From the NCBI GenBank assembly GCA_009103225.1, contig RHPI01001715.1, forward strand, positions 1,144,011-1,208,010: a stretch of 64,000 bases of DNA, given 5' to 3'. Position 1 is the stretch's first letter; the number at the start of each line of letters is the position of its first letter. This stretch comes from Chlorokybus atmophyticus (taxonomy: Eukaryota; Plantae; Mesostigma and Chlorokybus algae). Below, in pieces: positions 24,433-36,910 of this stretch. The notes under the pieces are model-generated. The model ran no database searches, had not been told where the DNA came from, and saw only the letters and a list, made by a program, of their open reading frames with translations. The position numbers and the translations under genes were made by a program.

Positions 24433-25385
24433 GGTGTTGTAATGGTTGAGCTGTTCGGTGGCATTGCAAGTGGGCTTGCGGCTGCGTTGAACGCCGGCAT
24501 CAAGGTGCGGCGTTACGTCCATGTGGACCCTTCCCCAACGGCACAACAAGGTGCTCAACATCATGTGAGGGTGTTGTTGACGAAGTACCCGGACCTGCTA
24601 TGTGAGAGTGCGGTGAAGGGCTTCCAAAGTGCATGGCCTCAAGACATTTGCTTAGTGGGGCCACATCATCTCGCGGCAATCGGAAAGGTTGATTTGCTAG
24701 TAGCGGGGTGGGAATGCCATGGGCATTCACGGGCTGGTCATGGGAAGGGATTGATGGATGCGCGCTCATCATTGTTTTGGGAGTTGATGCGTGTTATCAA
24801 CATGATTCAGCAAAGACAAGAGCAGCCCATGGCGTACATCATGAAGAATGTGCCGGCTGAAGACGATAAGCGCAAGCGCGTGAAAGAGGACTATCAGCTG
24901 GTGAGACATGTTCTAGGCCATGAGCTGGTCATGGATGCGGCACGGCATGATTCGCGCGCACATCGGCTGCGTGTGAAGTGGACAAACCTCGCGCCTATCG
25001 AGATACTTCGCATGGTGCAGCAAGAGTATAAAAGACCGCAAGGTTTGACAGTCAACCAGGTGCTGGAGCATGAGCGCACAGCACAACAGGTCAGCAAGGC
25101 TGATCGGCCGCCTCAAGAGGTGGTGAACCAGGTCGGGCACGACATGGCAGCGTTGCCGACGCTGGTGACCTACCCAGGCTCTTATGCATTCCGCAACGAA
25201 GGGCCAGGGCTGGTGTGGGACTCACGACACAGCAGGTTGGAAGAGCCAACAGCTGATGAGCGCGAGCGAGTGATGGGGTTCTTGTCAGGTGCGACGGCGG
25301 CGCCAGGACTGAGTGAACAACGACGCCGAGTGCTGCTAGGGCAAGCCATGGACCAGAACAGCATGGTGTGGCTGATGGTTGTCAG
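24433..25385 (+). CDS. DNMT3-like C5 cytosine methyltransferase domain within Gypsy pol
   Basis: Motif I VELFGGIASG; II YVHVD; III QDI; IV AGWECHGHSRAG; VI YIMKNVP; VIII AHRLRVKWTNL; IX ERERVMGF; X LLGQAMD. Collinear with the DNMT3 catalytic domain. Confidence 0.92.
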
Positions 25386-25559
25386 CTTGGCGGCACATGA
25401 GTTGGCATCAGGCTTCGTGCCGGTGCGACAGCAAGCACGTCAGGCGCCTGCGCCTCTGTCGAGGGGGGGGAGCATGGTGTACATGATGGTGAGAGTAAAG
25501 GGGTGTCTTTTTCGCCTGTGACAGCTGCAAGTGGCAAGAAAACGGCTATAGATGGTGCC

Positions 25560-28540
25560 TTGAAGCTTGAGAAGGCTACCGACCAGACCATGGAGTGGTG
25601 TATGGGCGAGTGTGTGACACCAGAGCACTGTGAGCGGCTCGAAGCATTGTTGGCTCGCAAGCGCAATTGCTTCGCCTACTCTATCAAGGAGTTGGGAGTT
25701 TGCAACTTCTACACAATGAACATTGAGTTGACCTCTCCTGAGCCCATCTTTCGTCGGCAATATCGGGTGAGTAAGGTGGAGAAGGAGTTCGTGTTTGACA
25801 AGTGTGCTGACTTGTTGGAGGCCGGACTCATTAAGGAGTCGACTTTAGACTTCTCGGCTGCGACAGTGCTGCCATTGAAGAAGGATGCGCAGGAAAACTG
25901 GACCTCAAGGAGGATGTGTGGTGACTATCGGCCATTGCATTGAGAAGACCAAGGCTGATTGCTACCCCATGCCTATTCCGGAGGCAATCTTCGATGACAT
26001 CGGCGATGCAAAGGTGTTCTCAATTGTGGCCGACTTGAGTCAAGGCTTCAACCAGATTGCCATCAAGCCTGAGGACCGTGGCAAGACAGCATTTTGAGAA
26101 GTGGATCAGCTCTACCAATGGAAGGTCGTGCCGTTCGGCTTGAAGAACGCACCAGTGAAGTTTCAGTGCGTGATGGATGGTGTGCTTCGTGGGCTACCCT
26201 TTGCAAGATGTTACATCGATGACATCTTGGTGTTTAGCCACACAATGGAGGAGCATCTTGTGCACTTGGAGCGCGTATTCGAGCGCGTGCGCGAGGCCGG
26301 CATGAGGTGCCACCCGGAGAAGTGCTTGTTCGGGGCTGATCGCATCTCGCACCTGGGGCATGAGATAATGCCAGACGGCGTCTGCGTGCAGCGAGCAAAG
26401 GTGGATGCCCTGCTGCAAGTGCTGACGCCGACGGACATCAGTTGACTACGCGCATTTCTCGGCTTGGCGAACTACTATCGGCGGTTCGTCGAGGGGTACA
26501 GCAAGATTGCAAAGCCCTTGAATGAGTTGTTGAGGAAGGAGAAGGCGTGGTGCTGGTCGAAAGAGTGTCAACGCGCCTTTGAGCTTCTTAAGGAAAAGCT
26601 GTGTACTGCGCCAGTGCTGAGACGGGCAAACTACAACCGTCCTCTCATCCTACACACAGACTGGAGCCGCCTGGGCATAGGGGCCGTGTTGTGTTACAAG
26701 GATGACAATGGGAAGGAGTATGTGGTGGCGTACGGCAACCGAAGCAACAACGCTGAGGCCAACTACAGTTCTTATGAGGGGGAGTGTCTGGCGGCGGTGT
26801 GGGCCATTGTTCACTTCAGGCCGTTCTTGTATGGCCGTCCCTTCACGTTCATCACCGATCATCAGCCTTTGCAGTGGTTGATGTGCAACGACAAGCTCAT
26901 AGGGAAGCATGCCAGATGGGCGCTCATACTGCAAGAGTATGAGTTTAGCATTAAACACCGAGCTGGTGTTGACAACATGGACGCGCATGGGCTGAGTAGG
27001 AACCCAAACCCATCGTTTGTGGACGAGAGTGAGGCATGGCATGACTATGCCATGCCCGTGGCTGGGTTTTTGGCCTTCCGTGTGGCGTCATTGCTTGTGT
27101 TGGCGGGTTCCGCGGACGTGTGCGCAACCACACGCCACAACGCAGCAGATGAGCGCGATGGTGATGGTATTATGATGGCTTTGGCATCTGCACCAGCCCC
27201 GACGGTCGACAACGTTAATGGGGAGGAAGCCGAGGCTTCAATGGATGTATGGGGTGATGAGCAAGTGCTTGCTTACCTCAAGACCGGGCTGTTTCAAGCT
27301 GGGTGCAGCACGGCGACACGTGATCGTGTGTGGCAACGTGCGCAACGGTTTCGGTGGGAAGGAGACCACCTTGTGCGCTTAATGCATGATGGAGGTGTGA
27401 GGATTGTGCCTCAACCACATGAGAGGAAGCCGCTTGTGGAGCTGCTTCATGAGAAGATGGGCCACTTTGGTGTCAAGAGGACACTTGGGCTTGTGCAATC
27501 AGCATATTGGTGGGCTGGCATGCAGTCTATCGTAGCGGGAGTGGTCGCGAGTTGTGTGGAGTGCGACAGGGTGAAGGCGAGCTTCAATGCCAAGCACCCA
27601 CAGCTGCACCCTCTGCCAATACAAGGACTATTCTATCAATGGAGCCTAAATTTAGCCGGAGACCTGCCAGTCAGCAAAAGAGGCAACCGCTACGTGCTCG
27701 TGATGATTGAGCACTTCTCAAAGTGGGTTGAGGTGGTGGTGTTGCCGTTGAAGGAGAGCAAGCTAGTTGCTGAGGCTTTCCTTGACCAAGCGCTGAGCAG
27801 ATTCCGAGCCTGTGCCGAGGTTCTCACATGACCAAGGCACTGAGTTTCTTGACCAGTTCGATGACTTGTTGGCGCACGCCTTCATTGATTGTCGCAGGAC
27901 TTCCCATGATCATCCTCAAGCTGATGGGCTTGCAGAGAGAATGGTACAGGTGGTGAAGAAGAGGCTTCGCAAGTATTGTCTCACTCACAACAAGAGAGAC
28001 TGGGACTTGGCGTCGGCGTGGCTGGGCTACCGCATGACGCGACAAGCTGCGCTGAGCTCATACAGCCCCTACTTCTTATTGTATGGGAGAGAGCCCATAC
28101 TACCAACAACAATCAGGAGGCAAGTTGAGCAGGAGCTTGACTTGGAGGATCCCACTGTGTGAGTAAGAGAGATAGCAAAGCGTGCAGAGTTGTGTCGGCG
28201 TGTAATGCCAATGGCACTTGGCAACCTGCAAGTGGCACAACACCGCGACACGCTGCGCTATGCCAGGGTGAGGAGTGGCTTCTACAAGCCAAGACTGCAG
28301 AAGTTTCAGTCAAAAAACTTCATCTATCTGCAGAGGAAGACCAAGGAGACATTGGACACGAGTGCGAGTCGCACCATTCTGCGTGTGAAGAAGGTCCTCA
28401 GCAACGGAGTGTTGTTGCTGGAGGGAGCTGATGCCCGCACTACCCAGGAGCACATGAAGAGCTGCGCTCATTGTCATCTGCCCAACGTGGATGACTACGT
28501 GGATCCGTCGACGGCAATATCAGGTGTGGATCACCGTTGA
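25560..28540 (+). pseudogene. pol: RT, RNase H and integrase of B1 with several stops and frameshifts
   Basis: [81 protein letters not shown]. Confidence 0.92.
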
Positions 28541-31500
28541 CCGTAATAACTTTGTTGATCGTAAATGGTCCCAACCAGCGTTCATTCAGCTTGCGAACTC
28601 CCGTACGCACCCGTACATGCTTCGCGGAGAGTAACACAATGTCGCCTTCCTGAAATGTGAGGTGTCGGCGATGCGCGTCCGCGTGCTGCTTCTGCCTATT
28701 TTGTGCCACCAATAGCGCCTTTCGAGCTGCCTTATTAATGTCCGCGCACTTTGTGAGGAAGTCATTAGCTACCTCTACACGCACGTCATGTCGTCGCGGT
28801 GTTCATGCTGTCAACGGTGTCAATGGATGTTGCCCGTAGTTCATAAGGAAGGGAGTGATACCTGTGCTGGCATTGTGGTGGTTGTTGATCGAAAATCACC
28901 AACTCAAGCAGCTCCGCCCAATTGTCTTGTTGCGCGTTAACCTAGCAACGCAGCATGTCCTCAATCACACGGTTGGCCCGCTCCGTTTGCCCATCGGTTT
29001 GCGGGTGGAATGCCGTGCTAAACATCAGTGTAGTACCCAGTGCACTATGCAATGCCTACTATAACTTACTTGCAAAGCGCGGGTCGCAATCACGAACAAT
29101 GTTTCGTGGTAATCCGTGAGAATGAAACACTTGCTTCACGAACAAGCAGGCGGCCTCCGGTGCCGTGCAAGACTCGCCACACTTTGCCAAGCGTACCATT
29201 TTGCTGGTTTGCACGACGAACACAAATATAGCGTTGTACCCTTCTTTTGTCTTTGGTAGCCCTATGATAAACTTGCGATAATACCCTGCAAGGCTAAAAA
29301 AGGACATAACCTCCTTACGTTAGTCGGGGAAGCCCACTCGCGCACCACCTGCACTTTGTTGGGGTCCGGCTTGATGCCTTCAAGCGACACAATGTGGCCT
29401 AGGTACTCCACCTCTCAAAGCAAGAATTTGCACTTTTGTAGCTGGGTGTACAACTTGTGTTCGCGCAAACGCTGCAACACGCGCCGTAGAAGTGCCACGT
29501 GCTCCTCTTTTGTCTTCGCGTACATCAAAATGTCGTCGAGGTACACGAGGACTCCCTTACCAATTAAGTCAGCGACAACGCTTTATTAGCGTTTAAAATG
29601 TTGCTGGCGCGTTCGTAAGTTCGAAGGACATGACCAACCACTCGTAGTGCCCATCACGTGTTTTAAAAGCTGTTTTCTCCACATCCTCGGGCGCGATGCG
29701 GATTTGGTGATAACCTCCAGCAAGATCAAGTGTTGTGAAGTACTGCGCACCTTGCAATTGCTCCAGCAACTCGTTGATACGTGGGAGTGGAAAGCAATTT
29801 CTCTTCGTGATGTTGTGAAGAGCTCGATAGTCGACGAACATGCGCAAGCTCTCGTTCTTCTTTCGTACAAACAAAATAGGTGCACCATAAGGGGACTTAC
29901 TAGGCCTGATGTAGCCTCTTTTCAGCAAGTCCGCCACCTGCCTCTCGGCCTCTTCCAGCTCCAAGCGTGACAACTCATATACGGGTCGATATGGTGGCTT
30001 GTGCCCGCCCTCAATCAGCTCCACACGGTGGTCTATGCTCCGTAGAGGTGGTAGACTAGATGGAAGTCCGTCCACCATGATATTTTGGTATTCTTTAACA
30101 AGTTTACACACCTCGGGGTCCATTGTAGCCGTCTTAACATCGTCACTCAGCTCCGGTGCTGACTTTGCAGTGTTTTCGCACACAACGCACAACCATGCAG
30201 CCTTTGCCTTCCGTGGAGACGATAACTTCCTTGATTGCGCATAAGAGATCTGGGCAATTGTCGTACCACCTGATTGTGCGTGCCGCGCCTCGATGACGTC
30301 CAACGCAGCTATGGCAAAATCTCTCTTGCTTTCCATAAAGCGATCTTCCTCTTCAACAGAGCATGCGCGCATACCTTGAATGGACTCTCCACCGTTTCGT
30401 TCGATGGTGAGCACGCGCTTCCTCTAATTGATGGATGGATTATGTTGCTATAGCCACGGTAGTCCTAAAATCCCGTCAAACCCGCTCCGTAGGGTGATGC
30501 AGGAAAATCGCATATTCTCTTTCATCTTGCCAATGCGAACGCACAACTCTTTGGTCATAAACGCAGCGCCATTACCTCTAGAGGGTGGCTCTCCATCAGC
30601 GAGCTTCACTTCACCTCGTAATGACGAAAACCAACCGTAACGCCGCGCAATATCAATACTCATAAAGTTGCTGTTGGCACCGCTATTACTCATGAGCTTA
30701 CACTCCCTCCATCGTCCTTGGTCATCGCAAATGTGTGCTCGAAGCCCGAAGTACTTTGTTGTCTCCTCTTTTGCATAACTCACCACCGTTGGCGCGTTCA
30801 TAGCCATCTCCTCTTGCTTTCTTGATGGAAATGTCACAGCATCCGTCCGTGCATGAGGCTCCCTCTTATCCCCAGCAGTAGCCTCCTCACCTACTGGGGG
30901 AAGTTGTTTTCCTGCTCCACGCCAATTTGCTCCATGCTATTGACGCGACAATCGCGGCGATGGTTGCCATCCGGTGTTGGCCTTTGCGTGCTTCGTTTGA
31001 GGCATCCGTACGCCAAATGCTCAGTCGACCCACACGCATAACACTTGCGCACCCCTTTACCTCTTTCACCACGTCCGCCATGCTTCGCCTCACTTCCACG
31101 CGTGTGTATGGCACCCACCTCCATTGGTGCAGGCCCAAAGTTAGCTCCACCTTCATTGGCAACCGCTAAACTTGGTTCTCCTTGTCTCCATACATGTTGA
31201 AAGCCTCCCCGGGGCTGATCATCATGCCTTTGCCTACAATCAGTGTTTCTTGTGGTGGACTTGAAGTACAGCGCGTCGAGACGCTGCGCGATGCATATAG
31301 CCTCCGCGAGTGTCTTAGGGTCCCGTAGCTCCACTTCTTTACGCCCCGAAGGTTTTAAACCACGTGTATACCTGTCCAGCTGCTCCTCCTCCGTCATATT
31401 GGGTATGGACATCACCAATTGCTGAAACGCAGCCGTGTACGCCATCACCGACCCCATGTACAAGGGCTGCAAGTTGGTCGCTTGCGGCCTTCACGCTCTC

Positions 31501-32681
31501 AACGGGAACAACAAATTGAAGCCTGACCTCCAGTGCCAACTCTTCCATGGTGGTCATTGGTAGCGCCAACCCATTTGCGACACGCGTACATCGATGCCTT
31601 CACCATACAAGTGCTGCACCTTTAAGCAACGTCGCTGCACCCTCCACGAGCAGATGCGTGGGCACCTCCGTGAGCTTCAACCAAGACGATACTTGAAAAA
31701 TCCATTCATCCACTGCATTCATCACGTTGACCCTTGAATGGCTTGGGCTTTGGCACCTTCACATGCACGCGCGAGCTTGATGCCATGGGAACTTGTACAC
31801 GCGCCATCGCATGCTCATACGCCTCGCGTTGTGCTTGTGCCGCCGCTTGAGTGTGATGAAGCTCTTCCCTCAATGCTAAGATGGCAGCATGAAGCTCTTC
31901 CATGCGAGCATCCTCCATCTCCACTAACACACCACACTCCGCTTCCGAATGAAAAGTGTAAACGCCCACACACTTCCGCTCTCCCTTCGTAAACCGTGCT
32001 CTAATACCAGTTGTGACGGTGCTCGTGCCTTGCCACCTATGAGTTGGTCCAATCAACAACCCTCTTACCAAGGCACAGTATTCACACCGGAACCTTGCCC
32101 CCTCTGCCAAGCACACACGCGCGCCCCGCCACTCGCGTACGCACTCGCATGCGCTCGAAGCTGCACACCGACTTGTGCAGCGCCTTGGATTGTCACACAA
32201 GCAAGCACACACCAGTGGACACTCGCTAGCAACCCCTGCTAACCACCACCAAGCTTGCACACAAGAAACTAGGGAGCTAAAGGTTGTATTGCAAATTGTA
32301 GAATGTCACTTTTATACCTACCAGTCTGCACATGCTACTATCTAGGCAATTCTAGCGCTAGTCGGAACTAGAAGCTAAGATATTCTTGCAGAATCTTGTA
32401 GTACACTTCTAGACCTTTCCGACGCACCAAAGATTTCTTCATTTGCTGCTCATATGGTTAAGTTATACTACTTGGCGCCAGGCCCTTCCAGAAATCTGGT
32501 CGAGCCCTTCTCGACTGGCCCTCCGTTTTCTGGCGTCTTCCAGACTGGCCCTGGGCCGGTCGACATCTGCGGCAGACTCGCAACTCGCCGATATCCGCCA
32601 CAAGTCTTGAAAAACATGATATCTCACAAATAAGGCCTAAAATGGCCATGAAAATCACGAAATTTGGCCTTGACTGTTACA
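28535..32681 (-). mobile_element. Ty3/Gypsy copy A2 (5' LTR 32012-32681, PBS 31998-32009, gag, PR, RT, partial IN); RNase H deleted
   Basis: PBS TGGTATTAGAGC; gag knuckle; [16 protein letters not shown]; YLDD at ~29530; YYRKFI fused directly to IGLPKTKEGYNAIFVFV; WLGPFTI. Confidence 0.92.
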
Positions 32682-35297
32682 TCGCGGGTGTTGGATCTTG
32701 CCGAAGCCAGCGACGTGGGGAAGATGACAGGGCGCGCACTTCACCATGGTGTCCTTCATGCGCTCGCCGTGCTGTCCCAGAAGGTCCAGTACCCCAGTGG
32801 GATACACCTTTAATACGTCATAGACAGTGCGCCCGCCGGAGGTGTCGAGGGTGTCGTGTGTGGCCGCCATAGACGAAGTCCTCTTGGTTGGAAACGGCGT
32901 TCTCGCTCCTTGCAGAAACCGCTGCGTCACACGCTCGTAGCGAAGCGTGTTGCGCAGATTGTTGAAGGCCATGGGGACAATGTGCTCGAACAGTGCGCTG
33001 CGCACTGTCAGATCATGTAGCATCTCGTCGGGGTTGTCGAGATTGTCCACCTCTCTGTCGACCTCCTGCTGTGCGCGGAAAGGGAGCAATAGTTGCCTTC
33101 CAGATAGTAAATAGTACGGGCGGTACTCCCGCAGTGCTGCCTGATTGGACAGCCGATACCCTAGTGCTTCCCATGCGAGGTGGTCATCCCATGTGTTCTT
33201 CTCGTAGTCAAGGACGTACTTGCGAAAAGCCTTGATGGTCTACACGATACGCTCAGCGAAACCATTGGCTTGTGGATGGTTGCGTGAAGTGCGGCAATGG
33301 TTGATGAAGCATCTGTCCATGAGCTTGTCGAAGGCTCCTTTGAACTCCGTACCTTGGTCGATAATGACTTCAGCACAGCTACCGAAGCATCCGAGTACAT
33401 GGGAGAGGAAAGCGTGGGCTACTCCCCTCGCTGCTCTTGTCAAAAAGGGGCACCAGCTCCACCCACTTGGAGAAGTGCTCGATCATGACGAGGATGTAGC
33501 GGTTGCCTCGTGTTGATGGCGATAAGTCCTCGAGAATGTCTAGTCCCCAGCGGTGGAAATGTGCCGAGGTGGGGAGGGGATGCAAGATGGCATTGCGCGT
33601 GTTTAGGCTCGCGCGGACCATGTCACAGTGCTGGCAGTCGTTGACGCACTTGTGCACCTGTTTGTGCACCCATACCCCCAGTACTTAGTCCTGACCAGAC
33701 TAGCCGTGCGCTTGACACCGAAGTGTCCAAGCTCGGTGTGGAGGGTAGCGATGATGCCTTCTCGCGCAGCTAGTGTTGGGACCTCCTTGTCCTCGTTCTG
33801 TATCCGTTCATACAGCTTGTTGTCAGCCCAGCGATAGTGCTGAGTGCATTAACTAATGCGGTCCTTCTCGCGCGCGCTCATGCCTGCTGAAAATTGTCTA
33901 GTATGGAGCAGTGCGAGGGATGGCTTGTCAAGCCAGATGTCGTGTGTCGGTGGGTGCCAACTCCTCATCGTCCACCTCAGGGTCGTCGGCAATCGCTTCT
34001 TCTGATAAGGGGTCGGTGACGATGGGCCCGAGAGAAGGCACCTTCTCGTCTGCTGCTGCCTCGGTGGCTTGGGTCTTGCGCCTTGAACGTAGCGCAGCGA
34101 CAGCGAACATGGCCGCTACACCTGCAGGTGCGGTTGCAGGACCCAACTCGTGTCGTGCTCTCACATCGTTGGTGCTGAGGTGGGGGTTACGACTAAGGCT
34201 GTCTACAATCTGGTTGGACAGGCCTGCCCAATGCTCCACCTCAAAGTTATACTCCTGCAGCAGTAGTGCCCACCGTCCCAACTTGCCTGTCAGGTGCTGG
34301 TTGGTCATCAGCCACTTCAGTGGTTGGTTGTCGATAATCAGTCGAAGATGCCGTCCAAGTAGAAAGGGGCGGAAGAAGGATATGGCCCATACTGCGGCGA
34401 GACACCCCCCCTCATAGCTGCTGGAGTTGGCGTCAGCGCTTTTGTTGCTACCGCTGGCATACGACACTACGCGCTCCTTCTTGTTGTCGTTGTGTTGCGC
34501 GAGCATTGCTCCCATGCCGAGCTTGCTCCAATTTGTGAGCAGAATGAATGACCTGTTGTAGGTCTCTGCTGAGAGGAAGGGAGCTGTGGTGAGTCGGAGC
34601 TTCAACTCTTCCAGAGCCTCTTGTTGTGCCTCTTCCACAGGAACTCCGTGTTCCTCCGCATCTTGTTGAGTGGCCGCGCGATTTTTGCGAAGTCCTAGAC
34701 AAACTGTCTATAATAGTTGGCAAGGCCGGGGAAAGCACACAGTCGCGTAAGATTTGTGGGGGCAGGGATGGCCACCAGTGCCTCCACCTTGGCCTGCTGT
34801 AAATACACACCGTGGGGCACAATCATGTGCCATAGGTACGGTACCTTGGGGGTACAGAAGGTGCACTTGTCGGGGTGCACCGTCATCCCTATTTTTTTTC
34901 AATCTTTGTAGCACCACTTCCTCGATGTGCCAAAGATGCTCCTCATTGCTGCGACTGAAGATGAGGATGTCGTCGATATAGCGGCGTGCGAAGTCAATCC
35001 TTTGAGGGCTTTCCATGACGCGCTGGAACTTGGCAGGAGCATTCTTCAGTCCGAAGGGCATGACCTTCCACTAGTACGGCTGTCGGTTGCCCCAGAAGGA
35101 GGTCTTGTACTTGTCCTCCTTTTTTATGGCAATGTGGTTGTACCCTTGGCGCATGTCCAGGGTACTGAAGACTGTACAGTCTCCTACATTATCAGAAATA
35201 CCTTCTGCAGTAGGCATTGGGCACCTATCTTGCTTGGTCTTATTGTTGAGGGGGCGGTAGTCCTCGCATGTGCGCCGGTCTGTCCAGTTGCCTGCTG

Positions 35298-35741
35298 CCG
35301 CCGATAGTAGTTCGCCAAGCCGAAAAATGCGCGTAGTCAACTGATGTCCGTCGGCGTCAGCACTTGCAGCAGGGCATCCACCTTTGCTCGCTGCACGCAG
35401 ACGCCGTCGAGCACTATCTCATGCCCCAAGTGCGAGATGCGATCAGCCCCGAACAAGCACTTCTCCGGGTGGCACCTCATGCCGGCCTCGCGCACGCGCT
35501 CGAATACGCGCTCCAAGTGCACAAGATGCTCCTCCATTGTGTGGCTAAACACCAAGATGTCATCGATGTAACATCTTGCAAAGGGTAGCCCACGAAGCAC
35601 ACCATCCATCACGCACTGAAACTTCACTGGTGCGTTCTTCAAGCCGAACGGCACGACCTTCCATTGGTAGAGCTGATCCACTTCTCAAAATGCTGTCTTG
35701 CCACGGTCCTCAGGCTTGATGGCAATCTGGTTGAAGCCTTG
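35298..35741 (-). repeat. 444-bp inverted near-identical copy of B1 RT segment 26041-26484, inserted into B2 RT
   Basis: Same length, five differences noticed by eye, and the same premature TGA. Confidence 0.93.
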
Positions 35742-36039
35742 CGCCTTCGGAAGGTAATAATGGTCGCGGCCGTAAAGTCCGATGTAAACTCCTCGATCAG
35801 GCCTGCATCCAATAGAGCCGTGCACCTTTGCTTCACCACGTCGTCTTCCAACTTGGAGAGTCGGTAGTGTCGTTGGAACACCGGTTCGGTGTCCACCAAC
35901 TTAATGTCCATCTGGTAAAATGAGCAGCTGCCTAGCTCCTTCACGCTGAAGCAAAACTGGCTCCTTCACCTGTTTAAGAGAGCCTCGAGTTGTTCTCGTG
36001 TCTGACCTGTAGCCGCAGTGGTCCAACGTCACGGGACTT

Positions 36040-36910
36040 GGACCCATGACTAATAACGACTGCTGAAGAGAATCCTATGGCGCGTTCGCGCTCACGATCG
36101 TTGGGTTCCTCCAGCAGGCTTGTATTGAAATCTAACATCATGCCTTCGCCTTTGTTGCGGAAGGCGTATGATCCTGGGGATGACACAAGAGTGGGCAGCG
36201 CACGGCGGTTGACCAGGCTGGTTGCACTGGTAGAAGTGCTGGTGATTGTGCCGTGCAATCAGGGTTCAAAGTAGCGTTGACGGTGAGATTGCGTGAGCGA
36301 CTGCTGTGCAGATATTCATTAGCGAAGATATCCTCGACTGTAGCCGGGTTGGTCCACTTGGCGCGGACACGATGAGCACGAGATCCACGACGCGCTGCGT
36401 TGATTTTGAGAGGATGCCCCAATAAGGAACACACCTGTCAAAAGCTGTTGGCCACGTGATGACGATTATTGTCCTCGGAGTGCATGTTCTTAATGATGTA
36501 CCCCCGCAAAAGGCCTGGAAATCTGGTTGCTTTGCAGAAGTTTAATGACGCGCATCAGCTCCCATAATAGTTGCGAGCGAAGATCAAAGAGTCCTTGGCC
36601 TATACCTGCCCTGGAGTGTCCTTTACACTCCCGCCTTGCTATCAGTAGGTCGATGTTGCCCACCGCCAAGAGGTGATCCGCAGTGATCAAACGGATGTCA
36701 TGTGGTAGTGCCTTCCGACTGCCTTGCAGTGCTGATATTGGCAGCTGCTGCGGATAGCATTTGTGTAGGTGGCGCGAGTGGTGGCTTAGGGCAATCTGTG
36801 CGAATGGATCAAGGTCACAGTAGAGGTACTTGGTGACCGTCATGCCAGTGTTGAGGACAGCGGCGAGGCCACTACCTATACCTCTAAACAGTTCCAACAG
36901 AGCGATGTTT
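36040..36910 (-). pseudogene. Second DNMT3-like methyltransferase domain (frameshifted)
   Basis: LELFRGIGSG; YLYCD; HDI; ARRECKGHSRAG; YIIKNM; AHRVRAKWTN; PTLVSSPGSYAFR; RERERAIGF. Confidence 0.88.

Larger units (their letters stand above)
20777..28540 (+). mobile_element. Ty3/Gypsy element B1 carrying a DNA methyltransferase (gag-PR-DNMT-RT-RH-IN), 3' truncated
   Basis: Starts TGTCATGC like the family LTRs. Domains lie in order in one reading frame broken by stops and indels. Ends abruptly after CAHCHLP. Confidence 0.9.
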
